The position numbers and the translations under genes were made by a program. Below, one piece after another: positions 18,351 through 28,145 of a stretch of DNA of 64,000 nt (the first letter of the stretch is position 1; the number at the start of each line of letters is the position of its first letter). The DNA is taken from the NCBI GenBank assembly GCA_963750165.1, contig CAVVPN010000011.1, positions 1,632,001 to 1,696,000 of the forward strand, in the 5' to 3' direction. This stretch comes from an uncultured Gemmataceae bacterium (lineage in GTDB: Bacteria; Planctomycetota; Planctomycetia; Gemmatales; Gemmataceae). The notes beneath the pieces were generated by a model. The model was given only the letters and a program-made list of their open reading frames with translations. It did no database searches and was not told the DNA's origin.

Positions 18351-20168
18351 ATGTCCACACACCACACCTCAACCACCTCCCGCCTCATCCTCACCGCGTT
18401 TGCCTGGCTCGGGATCGCCGTCCTGGCCGGGCCAGCGCCCGCCGCCCAGCCGCAACCGGACCTCGACGCCAAACTTCGCCAGCTCGAAAAACAGATTGCC
18501 GCGGTGCGCGGCCTGGCGTTCAAGAAGCCCGTCGAAGCCAAAATCATTCCGCGCCCCGCCGGCACCGACAAAAGCTTGCAGGGCTACTACAGCCCGAAGG
18601 AAAAGCGCCTGTACCTGTACGACGACCTGAGCGGCGCCTACGCACAGGGCGTGCTCATCCACGAAATGGTCCACGCGCTGCAGGACCAGCACTTCGGACT
18701 GGAACGGCTGCACCAGGCCGCCTTCGGCAGCGACGCCGAGCTGGCTCTGGCGGCGCTCGTGGAGGGCGACGCCACCTACACCATGATCGAGTTGCTGAAA
18801 AAGGAGCAGCCCAAAGCGGCGGCCATGCTCGACGTGCCGCTGGCGAAGACCAGGCGTTTGCAGAACGCCTTTCTGTACGCTCAGGGGGCGCGCTACGTCA
18901 AGGCACTGAAGGATCGCGGCGGCTGGGCGGCGGTCAACACGGCGTACAAGTTCAGGCCGCGGACGACCGCCGTCGTGCTGCACCCGGAGGGCGCCGCGAC
19001 CGTCAACCTTGGGCCGGGCAAGTCGGTCGGCGAATATGGCCTCATCAAGCTGTTCTGGGAGCAGGCGGCGACGAAGCCGCTGGCGGTGCAGACGGCGGCC
19101 GGCTGGAAGGGCGACCGCCTCACCGACAAGGACGGCGTCAAGACGTGGACCGTCGTCTTCCGCACGAAGGAGCAGGCGCTGCAATTTCAATCGGCCCTGG
19201 TCAAGCTGCGGTTCGCGCGCGAGCCGGGGCTGAAGGGGCTGGACACGGCCGGGTCGCACGTCTGGCAGACGACCCGGGGCGGCGTCCTCGCGGTGCTGGC
19301 CCGCGGCGACCGCGTGTTCGTGCTGGAGACGCCCAGCCTGGCCGCCCACCGCAAGGCCCTCGACTCCCTGGAGGCGGGGCCGGTCGTGAAGGTTTACGAC
19401 CGCCTGATGAACCGCGAGGTGCCCTTCGGCTTCCTGGTGGATCGGCTGCTCAAGGCGGACCTGATCTGCGTCGGCGAGACGCACGACAGTGAGCCGCACC
19501 ACCAAATCCAGCTGAAGATCATCAAGGCGCTGTACTCGCACGACGAGCGGTTGGGCGTCGGCCTGGAGATGTTCCAACGGCCGTTCCAACCGCATCTCGA
19601 CCGCTATGTCCGCGGTGAGAGCAGCGAGGAAACCTTCCTGAAGGACACGGAGTACCGCCAGCGCTGGGGCCATGACTGGGCGCTGTACCGGCCCATCGTC
19701 GAGTTCTGCCGCCGCAACGGCGTGCTGCTGGCGGCTTTGAACGCGCCGCGCAAACTGACAAAGCGCGTCTCGAAAGTCGGCTTCGCCGGCCTGACCGCCG
19801 ACGAGAAAAAACAACTCGGGCCGATTGACTTCAACCACAAGGACCACCGCGCCCATTGGTACGAGCGCCTCGGCAAGATGCACGGCAACAGCAAGACGAC
19901 ACCGGAGCAGAAGGAGCGGTCGTACCAGGTGATGACGGTGTGGGACGACTACATGGCCCAGAGCGCCGCCGCGTTCCAGCAGGGCCGGCAGTTGCGGCGG
20001 TTGGTGGTGCTGGCGGGCAGCGGTCACGTCGAGCGCGGCTTCGGCATCCCGGAGCGGGCGGTGCGCCGCACCGGCGGCGTCGTGGCCACGGTCGGCATCC
20101 ACTTCGCGCACGACAACGCCAGCCCGCTGGCGGAGCCGCTGACGGATTTCGTCATTGTGATTGAGTGA
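18351..20168 (+). CDS. Secreted zincin-like (HExxH) domain fused to ChaN/EreA-like domain
   Basis: Signal peptide; LIHEMVHALQDQHF...EGDA; C-terminal VGETHD, GLEMF, WDDYMA, LAGSGHV. Confidence 0.8.
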   Translation: MSTHHTSTTSRLILTAFAWLGIAVLAGPAPAAQPQPDLDAKLRQLEKQIAAVRGLAFKKPVEAKIIPRPAGTDKSLQGYYSPKEKRLYLYDDLSGAYAQGVLIHEMVHALQDQHFGLERLHQAAFGSDAELALAALVEGDATYTMIELLKKEQPKAAAMLDVPLAKTRRLQNAFLYAQGARYVKALKDRGGWAAVNTAYKFRPRTTAVVLHPEGAATVNLGPGKSVGEYGLIKLFWEQAATKPLAVQTAAGWKGDRLTDKDGVKTWTVVFRTKEQALQFQSALVKLRFAREPGLKGLDTAGSHVWQTTRGGVLAVLARGDRVFVLETPSLAAHRKALDSLEAGPVVKVYDRLMNREVPFGFLVDRLLKADLICVGETHDSEPHHQIQLKIIKALYSHDERLGVGLEMFQRPFQPHLDRYVRGESSEETFLKDTEYRQRWGHDWALYRPIVEFCRRNGVLLAALNAPRKLTKRVSKVGFAGLTADEKKQLGPIDFNHKDHRAHWYERLGKMHGNSKTTPEQKERSYQVMTVWDDYMAQSAAAFQQGRQLRRLVVLAGSGHVERGFGIPERAVRRTGGVVATVGIHFAHDNASPLAEPLTDFVIVIE

Positions 20169-20178
20169 GTGATCCCTC

Positions 20179-20230
20179 GATCCGTTTACGGTTCGCGTGA
20201 ACCTCCGCCCGCGCGAACCGTAAACGGATC
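20179..20230. repeat. Palindrome between convergent genes
   Basis: GATCCGTTTACGGTTCGCG...CGCGAACCGTAAACGGATC. Confidence 0.8.
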
Positions 20231-20239
20231 AACATGGGT

Positions 20240-20341
20240 TAAAGCAGTTTGCGGCTGGGTGTAGCGGAAGTCGCCAGACTTCCGTCCGGTGTTGCTCGGA
20301 AGTCTGGCGACTTCCGCTACACCCAGTCGCGATGCGCGCTA
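20240..20341. mobile_element. MITE-like shell, copy 2, with GTAG-type REP doublet
   Basis: TAAAGCAGTTTGCGGCTGGGTGTAGCGG...CCGCTACACCCAGTCGCGATGCGCGCTA enclosing GTAGCGGAAGTCGCCAGACTTCCG and its inverse. Confidence 0.7.
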
Positions 20342-20614
20342 AACGTGCTCGAAGATGACGAAGTGTGCCGTCTGCGCCAGCGGCCGATACTGGCTCAGGT
20401 CCGCCGGCTGGGCGCACTGCTGCAGGCAGCCGGGGAACAGTCCGGTGACGGCGGTCGGCGTCCCGGGGTTGCGGAACCAGTCCTCATCCTCAAAACGGCC
20501 CTGGGTGTCGGCCTCGGCAAGGTCGTTGTGCGTCCACAACACGTTCGTGTCCTTCTCCACGACGGTCCAGCCCTGCTCGGCGGCGTTCAGCAGAAGTTGA
20601 ATTTCACGGGCCAT
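20339..20614 (-). CDS. 91-aa hypothetical protein
   Basis: Strong SD GAGAGGAGGTG before ATG 20614; sigma54 promoter upstream. Confidence 0.75.
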   Translation of the reverse strand: MAREIQLLLNAAEQGWTVVEKDTNVLWTHNDLAEADTQGRFEDEDWFRNPGTPTAVTGLFPGCLQQCAQPADLSQYRPLAQTAHFVIFEHV

Positions 20615-20660
20615 GTGGCACCTCCTCTCAGGCAGATGAACGGGTATCGCCAGGGACAGA

Positions 20661-20676
20661 AGCAAAGCCGGTGCCG
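20661..20676 (-). promoter_or_regulatory. Sigma54 promoter
   Basis: CGGCACC-GGCT-TTGCT, near-consensus, 47 bp upstream of ATG. Confidence 0.7.
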
Positions 20677-20772
20677 CGCGCGTTTCCAGTGAAAAGGGCC
20701 GGTTTTTCGCGGATTGTTGAGTGGCATGGTGTGCGGTCTGCTGTCCCAGGTGATCCAGAACCGCACACCGGA

Positions 20773-23430
20773 TCAGCGCGGCTGGCCGGCGGCCTCCGCG
20801 AGCAGGCGCTGCAGCACGTCCAGGTCCACCGGCTTGACGAGGTGCGCATCGAAACCCGCCGCGCACGACTGGCGACGGTCCTCGTCCTGGCCCCAGCCGC
20901 TGATCGCCACCACCAGCGCGCGCGCGAACTGTGGCTGTTGTCGCAACCGCCGCGCCACCTCATAGCCATCCAGCCCCGGCAGCCCCAGGTCGAGCAGCAC
21001 CACCTCCGGCGCGAACGCCGTCGCCGCGGCCAGCGCCCCCGGGCCGTCATGGGCCGTGCGCACCTCGTCGCCCAGCAGTCGCAACAGCAGGGCCAGGCTG
21101 TCCGCGGCATCGCGGTTGTCGTCCACCACCAGCACGCGCCGACCATGACCCGCGCCGACCCGGCCGTTGTCGGCAGGCCGCCCCAGCCCCGCCCCGGGGC
21201 CGACCGCGGCCGGCAGGCGCACGACAAACTCACTCCCCCGACCCGGCCCCGCGCTGTGCGCCTCAACGCTGCCGCCGTGCTGATCCACCAGCGTCTTGAC
21301 CAGCGTCAGGCCGATACCCAGGCCGCCCTGCGCCCGCTCCGAACCGCGGTGCGCCTGGGTAAACAGCTCGAAGACATGCGGCAGCGCCTCGGCCGGGATG
21401 CCGACGCCGTCGTCGCGCACGCGCAGCACCACCTCGCCGCCGGCGCACGCGGCGCTCAGTCCGACGTGGCCGCCCGGCGGCGTATAGCGGGCGCTGTTGT
21501 TCAGCAGGTTGGCGATCACCTGCGCCAGCCGGGTCGGGTCCACGTTCAGGTACACCGGCTCAGGCGGCAGATCGATGGTCAGCGTGTGGCCGGCTGCGTC
21601 CAGCGCCGGCCGGCTGGTCTCCACCGCGTCGCGCACGGCCGCCGCCAGTTCGATGCGCTGTTTTCGCAGCTCGATCTTGCCCTGGGTGATGCGGGCCATG
21701 TCGAGCAGGTCGTCCACGAGCCGTACCATGTGTCGCATCTGCCGCTCCAGCATGGTGCGGGCCGGGGCCAGTTCCTCCGCGCTGGCGTCGTCACGCTTGA
21801 GAATCTCGACGGCGTTGCCAATCGGCGCCAGCGGGTTGCGCAGCTCGTGGGCCAGCGTCGCCAAAAACTCGTCCTTGCGGCGGTCCAGTTCGCGCAGACT
21901 GGCCTCGGCCTCCTTCTGGTCGTGGATGTCGGTGCAGGTGCCGAACCAGTAGACGATGCGGCCCTCGGCGTCGCGCACCGGCACGCCGCGCGTCTTGAAC
22001 CAGCGATACATGCCGTCGGCCCGGCGGATGCGGTACTCCAGGTCGTAGACGCCGCGGTCCTCGACGGCGGCACGCCAGCACGCCAGGGTGCGGTCGCGGT
22101 CGTCGGGGTGCAGGACACTCAGCCAGTTCAGGCCGAGCAGCTCGCGCTCGGGAATGCCGGTGTAACGGCCCCACTGACTGCTGAGGTAGTCGCACTGGCC
22201 GTCGGGCAGATCGGTCCAGACCAGGTTCGGCAGCGCCTCGGCCAGGGTGCGGTAGCGGCGTTCGCTCTCGCGCAGGGCCTCCTCGGCCCGCCGCCGCTCG
22301 CTCACGTCGAGCAGGATGCCGCTCGCCCCCAGCAGGTCGCCGGCCGCGTCGCGCAGGATGCTGCCGCGATCCTCGACCCAGACCACGGCGCCGTTGTCCG
22401 GCCGCACGAAGCGGAACTGACAGAGGTAGCTGCTGCGCTGCTGTAGCGCCTCGATGAGCAGAGCCTGGTAGGCGGGCTGGTCATCGGGGTGGACCAGGTC
22501 CAGGGCGCGGTTGGCGGGACAGAGTTCGCGCGTCCCCGGCGGCAGGCCGAGCACGTCGGCGGCGTTGTCGGACAGCAGCAGGCGGTGGCGGAGGTGGTCG
22601 TGTTCCCAGGCGACCATGCGGGCGGCGCGCAGGGCCAGGGCCAGGCGCTCCTCGGCCCGGTGGGCGGCACGCTCGGCGCGGCGCAGTTCGGTCGTCTCCA
22701 GGACGACACAGGCGGCGCCGAGCAGGCCGCCATCCGGCGTCTGCACCGGGTAGTAGCTGGTCAGCCAGTGCCGCCGTTCGCCGGGGGCGCGTGGCGTCTC
22801 ACCGGCTTCCTCCTGGTTGAGCAGTGGCTTGCCGGTGTCGAGGACCTGGCGCAGTTTCTGGCTCACCGCCGCTGGCAGACCGGGCAGCAGTTGCGCGACG
22901 GTCTTGCCCAGGTGCTCGTCGGCGGGCAGGCCGTTGATGTCCGCCAGGGCGGGGTTGACGCGGGCGAAGCGCAGTTCGAGATCGAAGAAGCCGACGCCAA
23001 CCGGGGCGTTGGTGACCAGGGCGTCGAGCAGGGCCAGGGCCTCGGTGGACTGGCGCTGACGGACCTCGGCCTCGGCGGAGAGGTTCTGGGCGCGCTGTCG
23101 GGCGCGGCGCAGGGCCGTGCCGAACGCCAGGACGACGGCACAGGCGAGGAAGTACGTGGCCACGCCGAGGGAGCCGGCCCGCTCCTTCAGAGCGAACACG
23201 CCGCGCGGCTCGATCAGCAGCCAGCTGACGCCGTACAGGCCGAGCAGCGCCGTCAGCACCCCCGGCCCCAGGCCGCCGTACCAGACGGCGACGGTTATGG
23301 CCGCGAAGACCAGGGCGAAGGGGAAGCCGCGGCCCACGAGTGGGTCGAGCGCCAGGCGGACCAGAACGGCCAGGGCAGCACAGCCGGCAGCGACGCCGTA
23401 GCGCGTCAGGAAAGAGCGGGGAGCCTGCAT
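20773..23430 (-). CDS. Hybrid histidine kinase (DUF4118-like TM region, 3 PAS, HisKA/HATPase, receiver)
   Basis: FLATLAHELRNPL, NLLNNS, DDGVGI, GLGIGL, VLVVDDN, LLDLGLPGLDG. Confidence 0.95.
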   Translation of the reverse strand: MQAPRSFLTRYGVAAGCAALAVLVRLALDPLVGRGFPFALVFAAITVAVWYGGLGPGVLTALLGLYGVSWLLIEPRGVFALKERAGSLGVATYFLACAVVLAFGTALRRARQRAQNLSAEAEVRQRQSTEALALLDALVTNAPVGVGFFDLELRFARVNPALADINGLPADEHLGKTVAQLLPGLPAAVSQKLRQVLDTGKPLLNQEEAGETPRAPGERRHWLTSYYPVQTPDGGLLGAACVVLETTELRRAERAAHRAEERLALALRAARMVAWEHDHLRHRLLLSDNAADVLGLPPGTRELCPANRALDLVHPDDQPAYQALLIEALQQRSSYLCQFRFVRPDNGAVVWVEDRGSILRDAAGDLLGASGILLDVSERRRAEEALRESERRYRTLAEALPNLVWTDLPDGQCDYLSSQWGRYTGIPERELLGLNWLSVLHPDDRDRTLACWRAAVEDRGVYDLEYRIRRADGMYRWFKTRGVPVRDAEGRIVYWFGTCTDIHDQKEAEASLRELDRRKDEFLATLAHELRNPLAPIGNAVEILKRDDASAEELAPARTMLERQMRHMVRLVDDLLDMARITQGKIELRKQRIELAAAVRDAVETSRPALDAAGHTLTIDLPPEPVYLNVDPTRLAQVIANLLNNSARYTPPGGHVGLSAACAGGEVVLRVRDDGVGIPAEALPHVFELFTQAHRGSERAQGGLGIGLTLVKTLVDQHGGSVEAHSAGPGRGSEFVVRLPAAVGPGAGLGRPADNGRVGAGHGRRVLVVDDNRDAADSLALLLRLLGDEVRTAHDGPGALAAATAFAPEVVLLDLGLPGLDGYEVARRLRQQPQFARALVVAISGWGQDEDRRQSCAAGFDAHLVKPVDLDVLQRLLAEAAGQPR

Positions 23431-23635
23431 GCGGACGCCTCGTGGTGTCGTCTCGGAGAAGTTCCGACGTGGGGCAAAACGGCCCGGGTGCCGGCGAACT
23501 GCGAGTCCCGGTTCCCTCCAGTGTACTTATAGCGCTCGGGGAAAGCACGTCCAGGAGAAACAGTCATTTTGACTGGATCCCTGCCAACGTTCCCTTTTCC
23601 CTGGCGTTCGCGGCACCGATCAGCTAAAGAATAAC

Positions 23636-23748
23636 TGGAGCGGTTGGCGTTTGGGGGTAGCGGAAGTCGCCAGACTTCCGAAGCCGCCACGGAAGTCTGG
23701 CGACTTCCGCTACGAACAGACCGCTACACCCGACCGCGATGCGCACTA
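23636..23748. mobile_element. MITE-like shell, copy 3, with GTAG-type REP doublet (23657-23713)
   Basis: TGGAGCGGTTGGCGTTTGGGGGTAGCGG...CCGCTACACCCGACCGCGATGCGCACTA; REP arms identical to those at 20261-20320. Confidence 0.7.
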
Positions 23749-23934
23749 GCGGGCGCCGGTTTGTCCGCTTCGCCGACGCGGCTACCGGGCGTCCGCTTCG
23801 GCAGCCACTTCCCGCGCCTGGCCCAGGCCGCCGACCGCCTCAGTGTGATCCGCTCGCTGGTCCACGGCGACGGCGACCACACGGCGGCGGCCGCGCTCTT
23901 GCAGGCGTTGGAGGAGGAGAAGCGCCAGCCATGA
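23749..23934 (+). pseudogene. DUF1501 internal fragment
   Basis: PTRLPGVRFGSHFPRLAQAADRLSVIRSLVHGDGDH resembles the DUF1501 core; no N- or C-terminus. Confidence 0.65.
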
Positions 23935-23988
23935 CCGTATCAGCAGAGCAGTCGCCTGCACCACGGAAGCGAACCCCCAGGTGTACAA

Positions 23989-25245
23989 ATGCGTGACAAT
24001 ACGTGCTGCCTCTTTCTGATCGGTCTGACCGTCACAGTACTGGCGGGGGCCCCCGCCGTGGCCGTCCAGGAAAAATCAGACGACACGCCATCTGCCAGGG
24101 CTGACCTGGGCAGCCTGTTCCCGCAGGTGCAGAAACTCGCGGAAGCGCGGCGCTACGAATGGTCTTTCCTGAGCGGCAAGTTCAAAACCTTCCCGGAATT
24201 CCAGGCCGCCGCGCGGGCCAGGGTGTTCGAACTGTTGCAGTACCGCCCCGAACAGGTCGCGCCGCAGGCGGAGGTGCTGGAGCGCGTGGACTGCGGCGAC
24301 CACCTCCGCGAAACAGTCGTTTTCAACACGTCGCCGATCTTCCGCGTGCCGGCTTACGTGCTGATTCCCAAGGGCCTCAAGGGCAAGGCTCCGGCCGTGG
24401 TCGATCTGCACTCGCACGGCGGCATGTACGTCTTCGGCAAGGAAAAGGTCGTGGACCTGGGCAAGAACCATCCGGCCATGACCGCGTATCACCAGCAGAA
24501 CTACGACGGTCGGCCGACCGCCACCGCCCTGGTGCGCCGCGGTTACGTCGTCATCACCATTGACGCCTTCGGCTTCGGCGACCGCCGCGTGCTGCTCGAC
24601 GCCGACCGCAAGAAGTACGGCACCGATCGCTCCAAATACACCCTGGACGATGTGAAAACCCTCAATCAGCAGTGCCGCGTCAAGGAAGCGACGCTGGTCA
24701 AGGGCCTGACCTTCGCGGGCGCCACCTGGACGGGCGTCGTCGCCTGGGACGACCTGCGCACCGTGGATTACCTGGCGAGCCGGCCCGAGGTCGATGCGAA
24801 ACGCATTGGCTGCCTGGGCATCTCGATGGGCGGCTATCGCGCCCTGTACCTGTCGGCCCTGGACGAGCGCATCCGGGCCGGTTGTGTCGTCGGCTTCATG
24901 TCGTCGGTGCGGCCGATGATCCGCGGTCACCTGGACACGCACTCGTTCGTGCATTTTCTGCCGGGGCTGCACCAGTCGCTGGACCTGCCGGACGTGGCCT
25001 CGCTGACGGCGCCGCGGGCGCTGCTGGTGCAGCAATGCGCCCAGGACCGCCTGTTCCCGCTGGAGGGCATGAAGTCGTCGGTGGACACCATCGCCCGGGT
25101 CTACGAGAAGGCGGGCGCGAAGGACCAGTTTACGGGCCGCTTCTACGACGTGCCGCACCGCTTCACGCTGGCCATGCAGGACGACGCCTTCGCCTGGCTG
25201 GACCGGCAGCTGGGGCACCGGCCGCCGAAGAAAAAAGCTCCCTGA
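23989..25245 (+). CDS. Secreted alpha/beta hydrolase (dienelactone hydrolase / abhydrolase-like)
   Basis: PAVVDLHSHGG, DDLRTVDYLASRPEVD, GISMGG, PH catalytic His. Confidence 0.88.
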   Translation: MRDNTCCLFLIGLTVTVLAGAPAVAVQEKSDDTPSARADLGSLFPQVQKLAEARRYEWSFLSGKFKTFPEFQAAARARVFELLQYRPEQVAPQAEVLERVDCGDHLRETVVFNTSPIFRVPAYVLIPKGLKGKAPAVVDLHSHGGMYVFGKEKVVDLGKNHPAMTAYHQQNYDGRPTATALVRRGYVVITIDAFGFGDRRVLLDADRKKYGTDRSKYTLDDVKTLNQQCRVKEATLVKGLTFAGATWTGVVAWDDLRTVDYLASRPEVDAKRIGCLGISMGGYRALYLSALDERIRAGCVVGFMSSVRPMIRGHLDTHSFVHFLPGLHQSLDLPDVASLTAPRALLVQQCAQDRLFPLEGMKSSVDTIARVYEKAGAKDQFTGRFYDVPHRFTLAMQDDAFAWLDRQLGHRPPKKKAP

Positions 25246-25289
25246 CGCCCAACCGCGCCAGCTTTCAACCATCCCGCGGAGCGCGAGCG

Positions 25290-26591
25290 ATGCAAGTCAA
25301 ACTCATCACCCTGGACCCCGGCCATTTTCACGCGGCGCTGGTGCAAAAGGAAATGTACGCCAACGTCAATCCCCGCGTCCACGTCTACGCGCCGCTGGCC
25401 GCCGACCTGGTGGCGCACCTGAACCGCATCGCCGGCTTCAACACCCGCCGCGAGCAGCCGACCACCTGGGAGCTGGAGGTCCACGCCGGGCCGGATGCGT
25501 TGCCGCGGTTGCTGGCGGAGCGGCCCGGCAACGTCGTCGTGCTCTCCGGCCGCAACCGCCACAAGATCGACTACCTTCACGCCGCTGTCAACGCCGGCCT
25601 GCACGTCCTGGCTGACAAGCCCTGGGTCATCACGCCCGACGACTTGCCGAAACTGCAAGCCGCCCTCAACACCGCCGACGCCAACGGCCTCATCGCCTAC
25701 GACATCATGACGGAGCGTTACGAGGTCACGTCCATCCTGCAAAAAGCGCTGGTCAACGACGAGGCCACCTTCGGTACGCCGCTACCCGGGACCGCGGACG
25801 AGCCCGGCGTTTACATGGAGAGCGTCCACTTCCTGATGAAGACCGTCGCGGGCGTGCCGCTGCGGCGGCCGGCGTGGTTCTTCGACACCACGCAGCAGGG
25901 CGAGGGCCTCACCGACGTGGGCACGCACCTCGTCGATCTCGTGGCGTGGATGCTCTTCGCCGGCCAACCGCTGGACGCCGGCCGCGACGTGCAGATCGAC
26001 GCCGCGAAGCGCTGGCCGACGGTGTTGACGGCGGCGGACTTTCAGCGCGTGACCGGCGAGGCGGAGTTTCCGGCGGGGCTGGCGGCGAATGTGCGCGACG
26101 GCAAATTGGATTATTTCTGCAACACGCAGGTGGCGTATCGGCTGCGCGGCGTCCATGTGAAGCTGGACGTGCTCTGGGACTACGAGGCGGCGCCCGGCGC
26201 CGGCGATACCCACCTGGCCGTCTTCCGTGGCAGCCGGGCGCGCGTTGAGGTGCGGCAGGGCAAGGACGAAAACTATCGGCCGGAGTTGTTCGTGGTGCCG
26301 AACGGCGCCGGCGACCTGGCCGCGGTGGAGACGGCGCTCGGGCGCAAGGTGCAGCAGTTGCAGGCGGACTTCCCGGGCGTCGCGGTGCAGCGGCAGCAGG
26401 GCCGGTGCTGGGTGACGATCCCGGAGCGCTACCGCGTCGGCCACGAGGCGCACTTCGGCGACGTGACGCGGCAGTTCCTGCGCTACCTGGAGAACCCGAA
26501 GGCGCTGCCGGCGTGGGAGAAGTCGAACATGCTGGCGAAATACACGGTCACGACGCGCGGCGTGCAGCGCAGCCAGCAGACGGGTGGTTGA
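25290..26591 (+). CDS. Putative oxidoreductase (Gfo/Idh/MocA-related)
   Basis: LDPGHFHAALVQK, VLADKP, YDIMTERYE, DVGTHLVD, VGHEAHF. Confidence 0.85.
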   Translation: MQVKLITLDPGHFHAALVQKEMYANVNPRVHVYAPLAADLVAHLNRIAGFNTRREQPTTWELEVHAGPDALPRLLAERPGNVVVLSGRNRHKIDYLHAAVNAGLHVLADKPWVITPDDLPKLQAALNTADANGLIAYDIMTERYEVTSILQKALVNDEATFGTPLPGTADEPGVYMESVHFLMKTVAGVPLRRPAWFFDTTQQGEGLTDVGTHLVDLVAWMLFAGQPLDAGRDVQIDAAKRWPTVLTAADFQRVTGEAEFPAGLAANVRDGKLDYFCNTQVAYRLRGVHVKLDVLWDYEAAPGAGDTHLAVFRGSRARVEVRQGKDENYRPELFVVPNGAGDLAAVETALGRKVQQLQADFPGVAVQRQQGRCWVTIPERYRVGHEAHFGDVTRQFLRYLENPKALPAWEKSNMLAKYTVTTRGVQRSQQTGG

Positions 26592-26652
26592 GCACCCCAC
26601 TTGTCGTTTCGCGCGGGCTGCCGGTCTCCGGAACCCCGCTCGTCAAACATCG

Positions 26653-27686
26653 TCACCTGCCCATCAGCCGTTGCAGGATGTACATTTCCAGCCCCTCGTA
26701 GTCGCGCCGGCTGCGGAATTCCTCGACCGTATCCATCTCGACAGTGCGGACGACATCGAGTATGTGCAGGAACATCGCCCGGCTGTTGGCCAGGTGGCGG
26801 GTCTGCTCCTCGACGCGCGTGGTGCGCATCGCCTTGACATCCAGGCCGATGCAGCCCTGGTAGCCGGCGCGGTCCAGCACCCAGACGGTGTTGAACGCCC
26901 GCCGCAGATCCACCGAGCCGAACACCTTGTCCTGGTCGTATTTCAACCCGTTCTGGTCGTTCAGGTGGACGCTCCACAATTTACCGTGCCACAGCGCGGT
27001 GGCCATGTCCTCTGACGGGTCCAGGCCCGCCAGGATCGAGTGCGCCGACTCGATCAACACACCCGACCGGCTCGGGTCCACCGTGCGGTAGCACAGCGCC
27101 AGGAAGTGGCCCGGCGTCGGCAGATAGGACTGGTCCATCGGCTCGTTCGGCTTCATCTCGCCCAGAATGCGGACATTGCGGTCGTACTCCAGCAGCACGT
27201 TGACCGCGCTGACAATGCGGTCGATGGCCGTCAGCGGGCATTTCGCCTCGCGGATGTACGTCCCCTCGCGCGCAGCCAGAGCACCAGGTCGCGCGTGCTC
27301 ATCTGGTTGGCGATGTCGATGGCGCGTTTGGAACGGTCGAGGGCGTAGGTGCGGTGGGCGGCGCTGTTGGCGGTGAAGGCGCCGTCGATGGTGTTGGGGT
27401 GCTCCCACAGCCGCGGCGCGATGAACTCACAGAACAGCCCCTCGTCGTCCAGGATTTTCTTGACCTCGGCCACGCCGCGCTGTGTCGCCGGCGCGTCCAG
27501 GTCAGCCGGCACCACGTCGTCGTCGTGGAACTGCACGCCGTCGAAGCCCAGTTTCTTGTACTCGCGCAGTTTCAGCGCGAAGGCGATGTCCGGGCGCACC
27601 GGCGGGCCGAACGGATCGGCTCCGGTGCTGATGTTCCACGGGCCGAAGGTAAACCGGTACGGGGTCAGTCGTGTGGAAAGCGCCAT
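26653..27686 (-). CDS. Xylose isomerase-like TIM barrel (frameshift near 27270)
   Basis: FGPWN...ADPFG, FHDDD, DGAFT then W..REG, EMKPNEP, ESAH, HLNDQ, YDQD, split over ORFs 27231-27686 and 26653-27408. Confidence 0.88.
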
Positions 27687-27798
27687 TCAAGTTTTCTCCG
27701 CAGAAGGCCGATAATTGTTGTTAAAGTTTTTCCGGAATGGCCGTGCCGGGTCGCCCAGGGAACCCCCCGGCGGCGGCGTTCCTCAACTCAGGTGCGTT

Positions 27799-28002
27799 GT
27801 GAACCGCTGGACCATTTCGTGTGAGAGTTGCGACTGCCAGTGGACGGTGGCGCGTCCGTATTCGCTCTACGAGCAGCAGTCGTTGGAGTCGCGCCCATGC
27901 CCGGCGTGCGGGGCCTGCACCCTCAGTTGCCCCGAACCGGGGCCGGCGCTGTCGCAGCGTCCCGTGCCCCACTGGCCGCCGCGGCTGGCGCGGGCGGGCT
28001 GA
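27799..28002 (+). CDS. Small zinc-ribbon protein (CxxC...CxxC)
   Basis: GTG with AGGTG upstream; CESCDC...CPACG. Confidence 0.55.
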   Translation: MNRWTISCESCDCQWTVARPYSLYEQQSLESRPCPACGACTLSCPEPGPALSQRPVPHWPPRLARAG

Positions 28003-28145
28003 GGGATATTGTAGTGTCCGTTACAACATTGGCAGCGAAGAAAACGACCCCCAGATCCCACGCAATGCCGAAACCGTTCGCTCAGGTTTTGCTCGTTTCA
28101 GCCGTGCAATTAAAAGGGCAATAGCGTGATAAAAGGGAGTGGGGG

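Noticed and set aside
26653..27686. Programmed frameshift or true pseudogene in the xylose isomerase-like and other split genes
   Set aside because: No slippery heptamer and no further decay. The pattern fits sequencing error.
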